This document shows positions 46,627 through 56,588 of a stretch of 64,000 nt of DNA, one piece after another. Positions within the stretch are counted from its first letter, which is position 1; every line of letters starts with the position of its first letter. Under the pieces are notes generated by a model. It worked only from the letters and a program-made list of their open reading frames with translations, was not told where the DNA came from and did not search any database. Origin of the DNA: a virus (taxonomy: Duplodnaviria > Heunggongvirae > Uroviricota > Caudoviricetes); IMG/VR virus record IMGVR_UViG_3300010213_000001, positions 52,701 through 116,700 of that record; one strand, given 5' to 3'. The position numbers were made by a program, and so were the translations under genes.

Positions 46627-48246
46627 TTAAAACTCAGTTGGGTTGGTGCTAGGTATACTGTAAACTACTCCCTTAGATAATAGAAGAAGAGAAGCAATAG
46701 AAGCAGCATTTTCAAGAGCCAAACGAGATACTTTAGTTGGGTCAATAATGCCGTTATCTATTAAGTTCTCCATTGTATATGTATGAGCATTATATCCCAT
46801 ATTGAAATCAGCACAATCTATAATTTCCTTTTCAGGAACTTGATAATCTTTGCCAGTGTTAGAGATAATGGCTCTAAATGGTGACTTTATAGCTTCTAAT
46901 ATAATCTTAAATCCTTCTTCTTCCCCCTCATTTAAACATAGATCTTTGTAGGTTTTACCCAGCTCATATGCTATTCTTAATAAGGCAACGCCACCACCTG
47001 GTACTACACCTTCTTGTACGGCTGCACGAGTTGCGTGAAGAGCATCATCTACTCTGTCTTTTTTCTCCTTCATTTCTACTTCTGTCGCTGCACCTACACT
47101 TATAACTGCTATACCTCCAATTAATTTAGCCAATCTTTCTTTTAGCTTATCTAAAGTAATTTGAGAGTTAGCATTTCTTACTTCAGTCTCTATCTCCCCT
47201 TTAATAAAGTTTATTCTCTTACTTATCTTTTCTTTATTTCCAGCTCCATCCATTAATAGTGTACTACTCTCTGAGACAATAGCTGTTTGTACTTTCCCTA
47301 AATCTGATAGACTTACATTATCTATAGACACTCCTCTAGTTTCAGAAATAAAGGTACCTCCAGTTAATATTGCTATATCTTCTAATACATCAGATCTTCT
47401 AGATCCAAAATGAGGTGCTTTAATAGCGACTACATTAAGATTAGCTCTCGTCTTATTCATTATAAGTAGACTTAGAGCACTAGCTTCAACTTCTTCCGCA
47501 ATTATTAATAAAGAGCCACCATCTTCAATTAGCTCTTCTAGAATAGGTATTAATTCTTCAGCTTTTGATAGCTTTTTATCACAACAAAGAACATAACAAT
47601 CTTCATAAGTAGCTGTACTATTTTCTTTGTTTATAAAGAATCTACTTGTAGATAGATAGCCTGTAGATAGTTCCATACCTTCTACAATCTTACACTCTAA
47701 TTCTGATGTATTTCCTTCTTCTACTGTGATAACGCCATCTTTTCCAACTTTATCCATCGCATCAGCAATCATTTTACCGATTTCCATGTCGTTATTGGCA
47801 GAAATTGCACCTACTTGTGCTACTTCTGAAATTGAAGAGATTTGTTTTGATTTTAATCTTAGACTCTCAACTATCTCTGTAACAGCTTTGTCCATACCAC
47901 GTTTCAAATCCATTGGATTTGTTCCAATCGTAACGTTTTTGATACCTGCATTAAAGATAGCTCCTGCTAGAACTGTAGCAGTAGACGTTCCATCGCCCAC
48001 TGCATTAGATACTTTTGAAGCTACTTCTTTTACAAGCTGTGCGCCCATATTTTCGATAGGGTCAACTAAACTTATGCTATTAGCTACTGATACACCATCT
48101 TTAGTAAGGACATATTCTCCGTACCCCTTGTCAAGTATGATGGGAGTACCACTTGGTCCTAATGTGGCTGAAACAATGTTTGCTAATTTATCAATTCCTT
48201 GTTTTAATTTTTGTCGATGTTCATTAATTACAATTTCCTTTTTCAT
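46627..48246 (-). CDS. groEL: Chaperonin GroEL (Cpn60)
   Basis: TLGPSG, TKDGVSVA, GDGTSTATVLA, NPMDLKRG, VGKDGVITVEE, KDRVDDALHATRAAVQEGVVPGGG, GIIDPTKV. No GGM tail. Confidence 0.97.
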   Translation of the reverse strand: MKKEIVINEHRQKLKQGIDKLANIVSATLGPSGTPIILDKGYGEYVLTKDGVSVANSISLVDPIENMGAQLVKEVASKVSNAVGDGTSTATVLAGAIFNAGIKNVTIGTNPMDLKRGMDKAVTEIVESLRLKSKQISSISEVAQVGAISANNDMEIGKMIADAMDKVGKDGVITVEEGNTSELECKIVEGMELSTGYLSTSRFFINKENSTATYEDCYVLCCDKKLSKAEELIPILEELIEDGGSLLIIAEEVEASALSLLIMNKTRANLNVVAIKAPHFGSRRSDVLEDIAILTGGTFISETRGVSIDNVSLSDLGKVQTAIVSESSTLLMDGAGNKEKISKRINFIKGEIETEVRNANSQITLDKLKERLAKLIGGIAVISVGAATEVEMKEKKDRVDDALHATRAAVQEGVVPGGGVALLRIAYELGKTYKDLCLNEGEEEGFKIILEAIKSPFRAIISNTGKDYQVPEKEIIDCADFNMGYNAHTYTMENLIDNGIIDPTKVSRLALENAASIASLLLLSKGVVYSIPSTNPTEF

Positions 48247-48249
48247 AGT

Positions 48250-48465
48250 TTATTTATTTATAGGTTTTATCAAGTCTACCACCTCATCTTTTACTATTGA
48301 TGGATTTAAATTTATACTTTTAAATCTAGCTGTATTTATAAACTTATTTGGAAGACTTACTATCTCAAATAGTACTCTCTGATTATGGATATAATCCATA
48401 TAAGGAATATAAATAGTATCTCCTATGTTGTATTTACTTACTAGGCTTCGTTTGACATTACCCAT
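48250..48465 (-). CDS. Small hypothetical protein
   Basis: 71 aa, packed 3 nt upstream of groEL; KYNIGDTIYI. Confidence 0.45.
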   Translation of the reverse strand: MGNVKRSLVSKYNIGDTIYIPYMDYIHNQRVLFEIVSLPNKFINTARFKSINLNPSIVKDEVVDLIKPINK

Positions 48466-48472
48466 AGTTTAT

Positions 48473-48841
48473 TTAGTTTATGTTAAATGCATTAAATATA
48501 TACTCTACAAAATTTTCAGTTGTTATAATATCAGAACCATCTAGTCCTAATAGATCTTCTTTAGAGTTAGTTTTATAAATTCTAACCATATTCTCAATCC
48601 ACCATTTTAAATGTTTTACAATCTCTGCATTTCTTAATTCATCAACACTAATTAATCTAGCTATAGTAGCTAGCCCACTATCTATAATAAAGTCTACTTG
48701 TTGAATATTTATAGAAACTTTATTCTTTTCCATATCCACTAATAACAATTTATATGCTAATATATTATTTAGCGCTATCGTTGCTGTGAATTTATTTCTT
48801 TTTATTATCTGATCATCAGAATAGAATCTAGCTTTTTGCAT
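48473..48841 (-). CDS. Hypothetical protein
   Basis: 122-aa ORF in the operon. Confidence 0.5.
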   Translation of the reverse strand: MQKARFYSDDQIIKRNKFTATIALNNILAYKLLLVDMEKNKVSINIQQVDFIIDSGLATIARLISVDELRNAEIVKHLKWWIENMVRIYKTNSKEDLLGLDGSDIITTENFVEYIFNAFNIN

Positions 48842-49070
48842 TGTTATTTAGTTTTTCAGTTAATATTTTAATTTCTTTGTTATTTAATTTTCTTATATAC
48901 AAATGCTCTTTATCAGCTGTTAAACAATCAAAAGTCTGTAGTGTCTTTAATGATTTTGTATTAATATCATTAATTCCAAATGCCTTCATACCTTTAATTA
49001 AGTCTGATAAATTATTTGCTATTGATATATCTAATGTATGGTCTTTGGTAGATACCAATAAATATTTCAT
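48828..49070 (-). CDS. Hypothetical protein
   Basis: 80-aa ORF with an A-rich leader. Confidence 0.5.
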   Translation of the reverse strand: MKYLLVSTKDHTLDISIANNLSDLIKGMKAFGINDINTKSLKTLQTFDCLTADKEHLYIRKLNNKEIKILTEKLNNNAKS

Positions 49071-49087
49071 ATTTTGTTTATTTTATT

Positions 49088-49122
49088 TAAAAACGAAGAA
49101 GGTAGTAATAACCACCTTCCTC
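49088..49122 (-). terminator. Terminator hairpin
   Basis: Minus strand GAAGGTGGT-tatt-ACTACCTTC followed by ttcgTTTT. Confidence 0.5.
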
Positions 49123-49157
49123 ATAATTCCAAATTAATACTTTAAACTATTAAATGA

Positions 49158-49553
49158 CTAGATTAAAGATATTTGATACAAGAATTTATTTATTCTAGAC
49201 AGAATATCATCAATAGTATTATTCAATGTCTTAAGCTCCAGTCCTAAACTATCTTTAATTTTCTGAATTGCTACAGATACATTATAAAAGTAGAACTTTA
49301 TTTCATCAGTATCATCTGGTTGTTTAAGTGTCAGTAGTTGAATGGGATCAAAACTAAGTGTGTATTCTGGGTTTTCAACTCTATTTAATCCAATATACTC
49401 TTCAACTAAATCGTCAAACAGCTCTCCTAAATCATCATAGAATGTTCCTACGTGCATATGAGCTCCAGCTAGAGTTAGGTTAAAATGGTAAACCTTAGCT
49501 TGTACTACAGCTGTATTAAGTATATTTATTAGCTTATTTATATTATTATTCAT
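49158..49553 (-). CDS. Dps/ferritin-like protein
   Basis: KVYHFNL...AHMHVGTFYDDLGELFDDLVEEYIG matches the Dps pattern HW-x..H..(F/Y)..L....D..AE. Confidence 0.75.
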   Translation of the reverse strand: MNNNINKLINILNTAVVQAKVYHFNLTLAGAHMHVGTFYDDLGELFDDLVEEYIGLNRVENPEYTLSFDPIQLLTLKQPDDTDEIKFYFYNVSVAIQKIKDSLGLELKTLNNTIDDILSRINKFLYQISLI

Positions 49554-49557
49554 GTTT

Positions 49558-50649
49558 TTACTTGTCTAAAACAAAGCCTAGTGCTACTGGGAATCTTAAG
49601 GACCCTTTATTAGTGAATCCAAAGAATCTAACCTCAACGACTTGTCCTATATACTTTTCCTTATTTGTTAATAAATCTTCTCTAAATTCATGAGAGCCTT
49701 TCATATTGCAATCTACTCTCTCTCCATTGACTTCACAAACTAATTTTCCATGTGTTGTGTATACTTCAGATGGTACTATATCTAACACCTCCAATTTTAT
49801 ATCATCAAACGACTTATATTTTAGGAGTCCTTTTGATCTAGCATTATATTTATACTTATCTTCTAAATCTCTTATCATAACACCTTCAAAACCATTCTCA
49901 ACAGCTTTATCATGTTCTTTTATTATGGAGTCTTCATCCTGTAAAACTAATCTTACTTCATCAACTAATTTTATATGTTCTAGTTGTTTAAGTTCTATTA
50001 TTTCTTCTAGAATAGCTCTTCTTTCTCTGTAAGTTAAATCAGGGTTAGCTATATCATAAACATGATATGATATAGATTGACTAGAATCAGTCTGTTTCTT
50101 TAATAAGCTCATAGTAGTCTGGAAATCCAGTCCATGATTATATAGCTCTCCATCAAGATCAAGCTTTATATTATTATACTTCTCAACTGTATTAATAGTT
50201 TCAAATAAAGAGCCTAATTCCTCCAAAATATGTGACATAGTGTCTATTTGAATGTTATTTCTAGATAATAGTACTTTATCTTTTGAATTATACTTTGCTC
50301 TTTGTCCATCAAGTTTAATTTGAATAGCTACTTCCTTTCCAATAAGATGATTCTTATTGTCTTTATAGTTAAGAGCTAACATAGGTAGTTCTGGAACCTT
50401 AGCATCTCCAACATTATAGACATACCCAGCATCTAGTTTCTTGTTTATTCTAGATTGCATCTCCATAACAGCTTGCTGCTCAGGAGTGGTCTCATTTGAT
50501 CTACCAATATTCTTACCCTTACACTCTTTGACTGCTTTAACTAACTTACCATCTTTTAATCCACTGTATTGTATGAGTTTATTACCTTCTACAGTAAATC
50601 TAATTACTCTAACTTTACCTTTTGAATCTAACTTATATAGTGTTGTCAT
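49558..50649 (-). CDS. ATP-dependent DNA ligase
   Basis: KLDGQR (motif I), LDGELY, YHVYD, FEGVMIR, LLKYK, SLRFP. Confidence 0.93.
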   Translation of the reverse strand: MTTLYKLDSKGKVRVIRFTVEGNKLIQYSGLKDGKLVKAVKECKGKNIGRSNETTPEQQAVMEMQSRINKKLDAGYVYNVGDAKVPELPMLALNYKDNKNHLIGKEVAIQIKLDGQRAKYNSKDKVLLSRNNIQIDTMSHILEELGSLFETINTVEKYNNIKLDLDGELYNHGLDFQTTMSLLKKQTDSSQSISYHVYDIANPDLTYRERRAILEEIIELKQLEHIKLVDEVRLVLQDEDSIIKEHDKAVENGFEGVMIRDLEDKYKYNARSKGLLKYKSFDDIKLEVLDIVPSEVYTTHGKLVCEVNGERVDCNMKGSHEFREDLLTNKEKYIGQVVEVRFFGFTNKGSLRFPVALGFVLDK

Positions 50650-50659
50650 TTAATTTTAT

Positions 50660-51229
50660 TTATATGTAATATACAAATACGTCTCTATCATCTAATACTT
50701 CAAGAACTGTTGGTGCTATGTATAGTTTGAAATATTCTAAGTCTGTCATATCTGCTGTCTTTTTGTTTGTATCAGCTGCCAGACCAGAAGCAAGAAGAGG
50801 TATTCCTAATCTTTTATCTTTTAAGTTAGTATTATCTTTTATTTGATGAAGACAATCCTTCAAGAATACTAATCTATTATTCATATTGTCAGCAATCTCT
50901 ATTTCTGCAAATCTAAAGTTTAATCCTGAAGATGAATTAATAATAGTGTCGTACTTAAATAGCTTATCTGTTGGACCCCCAATATAATACTGGCTATACA
51001 TATTACAAATATATTTATTTTCTTCTACTTCAATCAAGTGATTGATACCAATTAAATCAAAATCTTTTCTAACAACTTCATCCATTCTTTCAGATATAGG
51101 AAAGTTTACAGCTATTTGCTTAGCTACTCCTGCCCCCATGCCTTTAGTACAATTACACTGATGTGCTATAATGTCGATTTCATTATTCATAAAACCCACA
51201 ATAATGTCTTTATTTATAAAATGTAGCAT
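50660..51229 (-). CDS. Macrodomain (ADP-ribose binding/hydrolase) protein
   Basis: IIAHQCNCTKGMGAGVAKQI...ICNMYSQ...LGIPLLASGLA. Confidence 0.85.
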   Translation of the reverse strand: MLHFINKDIIVGFMNNEIDIIAHQCNCTKGMGAGVAKQIAVNFPISERMDEVVRKDFDLIGINHLIEVEENKYICNMYSQYYIGGPTDKLFKYDTIINSSSGLNFRFAEIEIADNMNNRLVFLKDCLHQIKDNTNLKDKRLGIPLLASGLAADTNKKTADMTDLEYFKLYIAPTVLEVLDDRDVFVYYI

Positions 51230-51263
51230 TTGATATATTTTAATTAATATAATTATATACTAA

Positions 51264-51458
51264 CTACTTTTCCTCCTCAAAAGAAGTACACTTTTTATCT
51301 ATATGATTATATTGAGTTCTTTCGTAGAATGTAGTATAATTATTACTGGTGTAATTTTTATGTTTAACACATGCATTCTTCTCTGGGCAATTCACTCCCT
51401 TACACCCCATTACTTTCTTCTTTTTAAATCCAAATATATTTAGTATCATATTATTCAA
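51264..51458 (-). CDS. Small Cys-rich putative Zn-binding protein
   Basis: CKGVNCPEKNAC...KKC. Confidence 0.5.
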   Translation of the reverse strand: MNNMILNIFGFKKKKVMGCKGVNCPEKNACVKHKNYTSNNYTTFYERTQYNHIDKKCTSFEEEK

Positions 51459-51489
51459 TTTTAGTTTGTTATGAAATATAATCTATATA

Positions 51490-51526
51490 AAATAAAAATA
51501 TGCAAAAGAAAATTTTCTTTTGCATA
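51490..51526 (-). terminator. Terminator (28-bp perfect palindrome) downstream of nrdA
   Basis: TATGCAAAAGAAAA|TTTTCTTTTGCATA with an adjacent A tract (T tract on the - strand). Confidence 0.65.
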
Positions 51527-51581
51527 CTCTTAATTATTCGTAACTTAATATTAGAACTACTTATAACTTTCTATTATAATA

Positions 51582-54050
51582 TTACACAGTACATCCAATA
51601 CAGTCTATCTCTCCATTACTGACTTGTTTAGTACGTTGTTTAGAGCTAGATATTCCTAATGCCTTATCAGCAGAATTGGCTGGCAAACTTCTTAGATAAT
51701 ACATACCTGTTTTTAAGCCTTTTTTCCATGCATGTAAATGCATAGAAGTAAGTTTGTTTCTATCTGGTCTTCCCATCCAAAGATTCATTGACTGTGTCTG
51801 GTCTATGAAAGGTTGTCTAGCAGCTGCTAAGTTAATAATAGGCTTAGCTCCCAACTCCCAAGCTGTTCTATATTTACTCTTAATTTTCTGTATTCTAGCT
51901 GAGATATATTCAAATCCTTTTTCTTCTATTACTTTAGCTGTCTTACTAGAACTATATCTCTCAAGGAAGATATTAGACAAAGACTCTTCTTCTAATATTT
52001 GGTCTTTTAAACTTTCACACCAAAGTCCTAAATCCTCTAAATCTTTTATCATATATTTATTAACTATAGCAAACTCACCTGATAGTAACTTCCTTTTAAA
52101 TATTAGGTCTGTTACTGGCTCATCTGCTTCATTACATCCTTGAATTGCAGCAGAAGAAGCCGTAGGCATTCTAGCTACCAATAAAGAATTGAGCAGTCCA
52201 TGTTCTTTAATATCTTCCTTTAATCCTTCCCAATCTAGTTTGGTCTTATAGTTAATATTCTTACCTCTTAAGTATTTGTCGAAGTGAAGGATGCCTTTAG
52301 CGTAATCACTATCTTTGAACGAAGGATATGTCCTACCTTGTTCTTTAGCTAATTCATTACTAGCTTTAAGTGTATAATAATATATATATTCAGCTATAGA
52401 GGTACTTAATTCAATAGCTTCTTGAGAGTCATAATCTAAATCAAGACCAAACAATAGATCAGCAAATCCCATAGTACCTACCGCAATAGCTCTTTGTTCT
52501 TTCCCGCCTTTCTCTGTCTGAGGCGTAGGATATCTATTTATATCACATAATTTATTTAAGTATTTAACAGTTTGATATACTGCTTCTTCTAATAGTTCAA
52601 AGTTAAATACTAAATTACCATTATTATTTACTATATAAGTTTTGTTACCTATAGGAATAGCAGATAGTATGCAATTAGCTACTGTAGTTTCATCTGTGTA
52701 TTGTATAATTTCGTTGCAGAGGTTACTCTGTTTTATAACTCCCATATTAGACTGCATATTACTTTCATTTACTCTATCTTTGTATGTAATATAAGGCATG
52801 CCTGATTCTTGTTGAGAGTTAGTTATACTAGTCCAAATGTCTAGAATATCTAAGGTTTTCTTCTTTACATTAGGGTCTGCTTCAGCTTTTTCATAAACCT
52901 CTTTAAAGGCATTCCCAAACAAAGTCTGTAGATCAGGATATCCATTTATCTTAAGTTCATTAGGACAGAATAAAGTCCAGTTAGTATGGTCACTTTTACC
53001 TTCTGTTACCCTTCTTTCCAACCTTTGCATAAATAAATCATTCATCCATATAGCTATAAATATATCTCTACAAGCTGTATCAGAATCAGCTGTTATCCTT
53101 CTAACTCCTAGAAAGTCTTCAATATCCATATGCCAAGGTTCTATATACAAAGCTGCAGCTCCTTTTCTTTTACCACTTTGGTCGTAAGCTAACATCAAAG
53201 AGTTGATAGGCTTCATCATAATTTTATGTACACCGGCAGCTTTACCATTAGTGGTACTTAACATAGATGATCTACTTCTTATTGGTGTTACATTTAATCC
53301 TATTCCAGCAGCTCCACTCGATAATTTGGATGCTTGTAAATAAGTATTGTGGATACCTTCTAAACTATCAGGATCTTTATATTCGCCAGTCAATTGATCT
53401 GTAGAAGATAACATACTTATCAAGTTACAACTTACTAGAGTTGACTTCTTCGTACCAGAATTAAATATTATTGGACTTGCAGGGGATATTAATCTTAGTG
53501 ATAGATATTTGTATAGCTCAATAGCCTCATCTTCTGTATCTGTAAGAAAAGTAGCTACCCTCATATGCATATGTTGAGGGCGTTCAACTACTTTACCATC
53601 TTTATCTTTCATTAGATACACAGTAGATAAAGTGCAAGCTGCTAAGAAATCATAATCCATATCTCTACTATAAACTATAGCAGATTCTAGCCTATTTAAA
53701 TCATATGATTTTATTTTATTGTAGTACGCTTCTGATAAATATCCACTATTGTTTAATGTCTCTATACTATCTATAAATTTAGAAGGTGTGGTTTTATATA
53801 AAGAATCAATTACTAACCTTGCAGCTAGTATAGAGTATTCATAACTTATATTTATTTTGTAAGCTGAAATAGCTGCAGATAGCTCACTTATTTCTTTGGT
53901 AGTGATACCATCTATGATATTAGAGATAATTTGTTGAGATAAAGAATCCCTATCTATATTCTTTAAGTCCTTAGATAGGGAATTAATTTTATTAACTATT
54001 TTATTAGGTAAAAATCCTTCTTTCTTACCATTTGATTGTAATACTATCAT
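51582..54050 (-). CDS. nrdA: Ribonucleotide reductase class Ia alpha subunit with ATP cone
   Basis: ERPQHM, SPIIFNSG, LVSC, YIEPWH, SNLCNEI, MPTASSA, IDQTQSMN, GLKTGMYYLR and C-terminal CIGC. Confidence 0.95.
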   Translation of the reverse strand: MIVLQSNGKKEGFLPNKIVNKINSLSKDLKNIDRDSLSQQIISNIIDGITTKEISELSAAISAYKINISYEYSILAARLVIDSLYKTTPSKFIDSIETLNNSGYLSEAYYNKIKSYDLNRLESAIVYSRDMDYDFLAACTLSTVYLMKDKDGKVVERPQHMHMRVATFLTDTEDEAIELYKYLSLRLISPASPIIFNSGTKKSTLVSCNLISMLSSTDQLTGEYKDPDSLEGIHNTYLQASKLSSGAAGIGLNVTPIRSRSSMLSTTNGKAAGVHKIMMKPINSLMLAYDQSGKRKGAAALYIEPWHMDIEDFLGVRRITADSDTACRDIFIAIWMNDLFMQRLERRVTEGKSDHTNWTLFCPNELKINGYPDLQTLFGNAFKEVYEKAEADPNVKKKTLDILDIWTSITNSQQESGMPYITYKDRVNESNMQSNMGVIKQSNLCNEIIQYTDETTVANCILSAIPIGNKTYIVNNNGNLVFNFELLEEAVYQTVKYLNKLCDINRYPTPQTEKGGKEQRAIAVGTMGFADLLFGLDLDYDSQEAIELSTSIAEYIYYYTLKASNELAKEQGRTYPSFKDSDYAKGILHFDKYLRGKNINYKTKLDWEGLKEDIKEHGLLNSLLVARMPTASSAAIQGCNEADEPVTDLIFKRKLLSGEFAIVNKYMIKDLEDLGLWCESLKDQILEEESLSNIFLERYSSSKTAKVIEEKGFEYISARIQKIKSKYRTAWELGAKPIINLAAARQPFIDQTQSMNLWMGRPDRNKLTSMHLHAWKKGLKTGMYYLRSLPANSADKALGISSSKQRTKQVSNGEIDCIGCTV

Positions 54051-54118
54051 TTTATTATTTTAAATTAGTTTATTGCTAGTTTATTACATCATTTTAATTA
54101 TATATTTAAATTCTTAGA

Positions 54119-55105
54119 TTAGAAATCTTCAGTAAGTTCAATATTACCATTTCCTAGAGAGCTAGCTGTGTATTCAGTTGGTCTAAACTCAAAGAAGTTA
54201 GTCTTATTTTTTAGGGCTATCATTTCCATAAAAGGAAAGGGATTAGAATCATTATACATTCCTTGCTCATCATCAGTGAGATCTATATATAAATTATTAG
54301 CTACATGTCTGATATATTGAGCCATTTTATCTGCATCCATACCTATTAAGCTCACAGGCAAAGCTTTACTAACAAATTCTACTTCCACTTCTACAGCAGA
54401 TGATATCATTTGTTTGATACGCTCATTATCTAATTTATAATCTTCATTGACATAATATCTATAAAGATATACAGCAAAGTCCCTGTGATAAGCTTCATCT
54501 CTAGCTATATAATCATTGGCTTCACTCAAAGCGGGTAATAATTTTTTACTTTTCATATAATATATAGCACAGAAACTAGCAGAAAACATAATTCCTTCTA
54601 CAATTGAAAAGGCTATTAACTTATCAACTATATTACCTTTATCTATCCAGTCTATAGCCCATTGACTCTTTTTCTTAACTGCAGGCATAGTGTTTAATGA
54701 ATCTAATAAAGTAAGCTTCTCATCCTCTGTTATACCAGCAGCTAAAATTAATTTACTGTATACATCTGAGTGTACAAATTCTTGTGCTATTTGTTCGGAG
54801 TAGAACAACTCTGCTTCTGTAATACCTACTTCGGTTTGCATATTAACTGCTAAATTTTCATTGACAATTCCATCAGAAGCTGCAAAAAAGGCGAGTACGT
54901 GTTTTACAAAATGTTTTTCATTTTCATTTAGTGTTTCCTCCCAGTCCTTTTTATCTTCATGATAAGGTATAGAATCAACATGCCATATACTAGATTGTAT
55001 ACCTCTGTAGAACTTATACAAATCTTCATGTTGTAAAGGATGCAAAGTATACCTTTTTGAGTTTTCTTTAGTTTTGAATATTGTCTTATTAATATTATTG
55101 CTCAT
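54119..55105 (-). CDS. nrdB: Ribonucleotide reductase class Ia beta subunit
   Basis: HVLAFFAASDGIVNENL, EFVHSDVY, VEGIMF, IARDEAYH, KTNFFE. Confidence 0.95.
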   Translation of the reverse strand: MSNNINKTIFKTKENSKRYTLHPLQHEDLYKFYRGIQSSIWHVDSIPYHEDKKDWEETLNENEKHFVKHVLAFFAASDGIVNENLAVNMQTEVGITEAELFYSEQIAQEFVHSDVYSKLILAAGITEDEKLTLLDSLNTMPAVKKKSQWAIDWIDKGNIVDKLIAFSIVEGIMFSASFCAIYYMKSKKLLPALSEANDYIARDEAYHRDFAVYLYRYYVNEDYKLDNERIKQMISSAVEVEVEFVSKALPVSLIGMDADKMAQYIRHVANNLYIDLTDDEQGMYNDSNPFPFMEMIALKNKTNFFEFRPTEYTASSLGNGNIELTEDF

Positions 55106-55232
55106 GTTTATTTTTATAGTTGATCGTTTTAGTTAACTATTATATTTTAGTCTTTCATCTATAAATACGTATCAATTTATAAGATAAAATTTAAGATTAA
55201 AAATATTTCTTAATCATTTACTTTATAGTAGA

Positions 55233-56588
55233 TTAATACAATTTTACATTTCTAGATTTAACAATACTTCTAAAATCTATAGTTTTATTCTCAAGTTTTC
55301 TTTCAAGAGCTTCTTTCTCTGCCTGATATTGAATAATATTTCTATCTTTGTCATTCTCGCATATAATATATTCAACTTGATTTGAAGATGGACCATCTAA
55401 TGAAAGCTCTATCGGCGTATAGTCAGGATTATAATCAATAGATGCCTGCAATAATAAGTCATTTGAGTCTTTAAGACTATCATTATGAAATGTGATAAGC
55501 TCATCTATATTCTTAAATTCTATAAATGGAAATACTTCATAAGCTCTTAGTTTATAACTATCTTGATTTGGAACAGAAACAACCTTAGATGGACAAAACA
55601 AACAACCTAGTAAGGAATCTCCAAAACTTGAGAAGCTAAATTCAACAGACCCCAAATGAATACCTTTACTACAAGCATTATTAGGATTGATATCCACCAC
55701 ATCTTCGCTATAAGGTTTATTTAATGTGAAGAACTTTCTATTTCTCGGACTAGTAGAATACCAATGCGTAAATATATCTGTATCTACCCACTTACCAACG
55801 TAGTTGTTCTTATTGATACTTATATGTGAACTATTAGGAACTCTATCATCTATAGTGTACGCATCCCCAGATTTAAAATTAGCATTGGTATCTACAAATA
55901 GGTCATAATCTCTAATGTTCTTATTAGGATTATTCGCTTTCCAGTTATTGATTATTGATGGGATGAAATCTAATTTTATAGCTGCTCTATAACCTATTAG
56001 TAATCCTTCATTATTAATAACCAAACCATTTGATTTAATCCAATTAAATAGTTGTTGGCGTATATAAGGTATTGGATTAGATAAACATCTTTCCCAAAAC
56101 TTAATATATTTGCTATAGTCCACATTCTTGTTAAGGAACACTTGTAGCATGGAGTCTGGCATATAGACCTCTGTTCCAACTTTTCTCATACTTACAATAC
56201 CTGAAAGATTATTATAAGATAATAGATAATCTTTTTCAATATATTGCTTCATATTTGCTTTAATAATACTGTAACCAGCCTCAGAGTGTATATATACAGT
56301 AGATTCTAAATAGTCTTCTACTTCTTTAAGTCTAGCTGTATAGTGCTCTCTGTTAGGACTGAAATAATCCTCTATTTCATCTATGATATCATCTAGCTCA
56401 TCTTCTGGGTAAGACAAATAATCCTCTTCGTCCATAGTATCAGCTAGAAATTCAGTGTTATATCGGTCTATTAAATCTTCTAATTCTTGAGAATACTCAC
56501 CACTAAAAAGTTTCACTCCTGCATCATATCTATCAGATACAATAACTAACATTACATTATTGTCTTCTTTTGTTAATATGTTTATCAT
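55233..56588 (-). CDS. rIIB: rIIB-like protein
   Basis: RQQLFNWI...GLLIGYR...NNACSKGIH...VVSVP...KLR; adjacent to an rIIA-like gene. Confidence 0.8.
   Translation of the reverse strand: MINILTKEDNNVMLVIVSDRYDAGVKLFSGEYSQELEDLIDRYNTEFLADTMDEEDYLSYPEDELDDIIDEIEDYFSPNREHYTARLKEVEDYLESTVYIHSEAGYSIIKANMKQYIEKDYLLSYNNLSGIVSMRKVGTEVYMPDSMLQVFLNKNVDYSKYIKFWERCLSNPIPYIRQQLFNWIKSNGLVINNEGLLIGYRAAIKLDFIPSIINNWKANNPNKNIRDYDLFVDTNANFKSGDAYTIDDRVPNSSHISINKNNYVGKWVDTDIFTHWYSTSPRNRKFFTLNKPYSEDVVDINPNNACSKGIHLGSVEFSFSSFGDSLLGCLFCPSKVVSVPNQDSYKLRAYEVFPFIEFKNIDELITFHNDSLKDSNDLLLQASIDYNPDYTPIELSLDGPSSNQVEYIICENDKDRNIIQYQAEKEALERKLENKTIDFRSIVKSRNVKLY

Noticed and set aside
47726-48382. 218-aa + strand ORF and other antisense ORFs (e.g. 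18017..18586, 42765..43124, 51754..52143)
   Set aside because: These are shadow frames of well-supported genes on the opposite strand; they are S/L/F/I-rich and carry no motifs.
48250-48465. Possible groES upstream of groEL
   Set aside because: No PLxDRV or mobile-loop GGI motifs; only a generic IGD turn.
51582-55105. Introns or inteins in nrdA/nrdB, common in phage RNRs
   Set aside because: Both ORFs are continuous and of normal length, with no intein terminal motifs or homing endonuclease seen.
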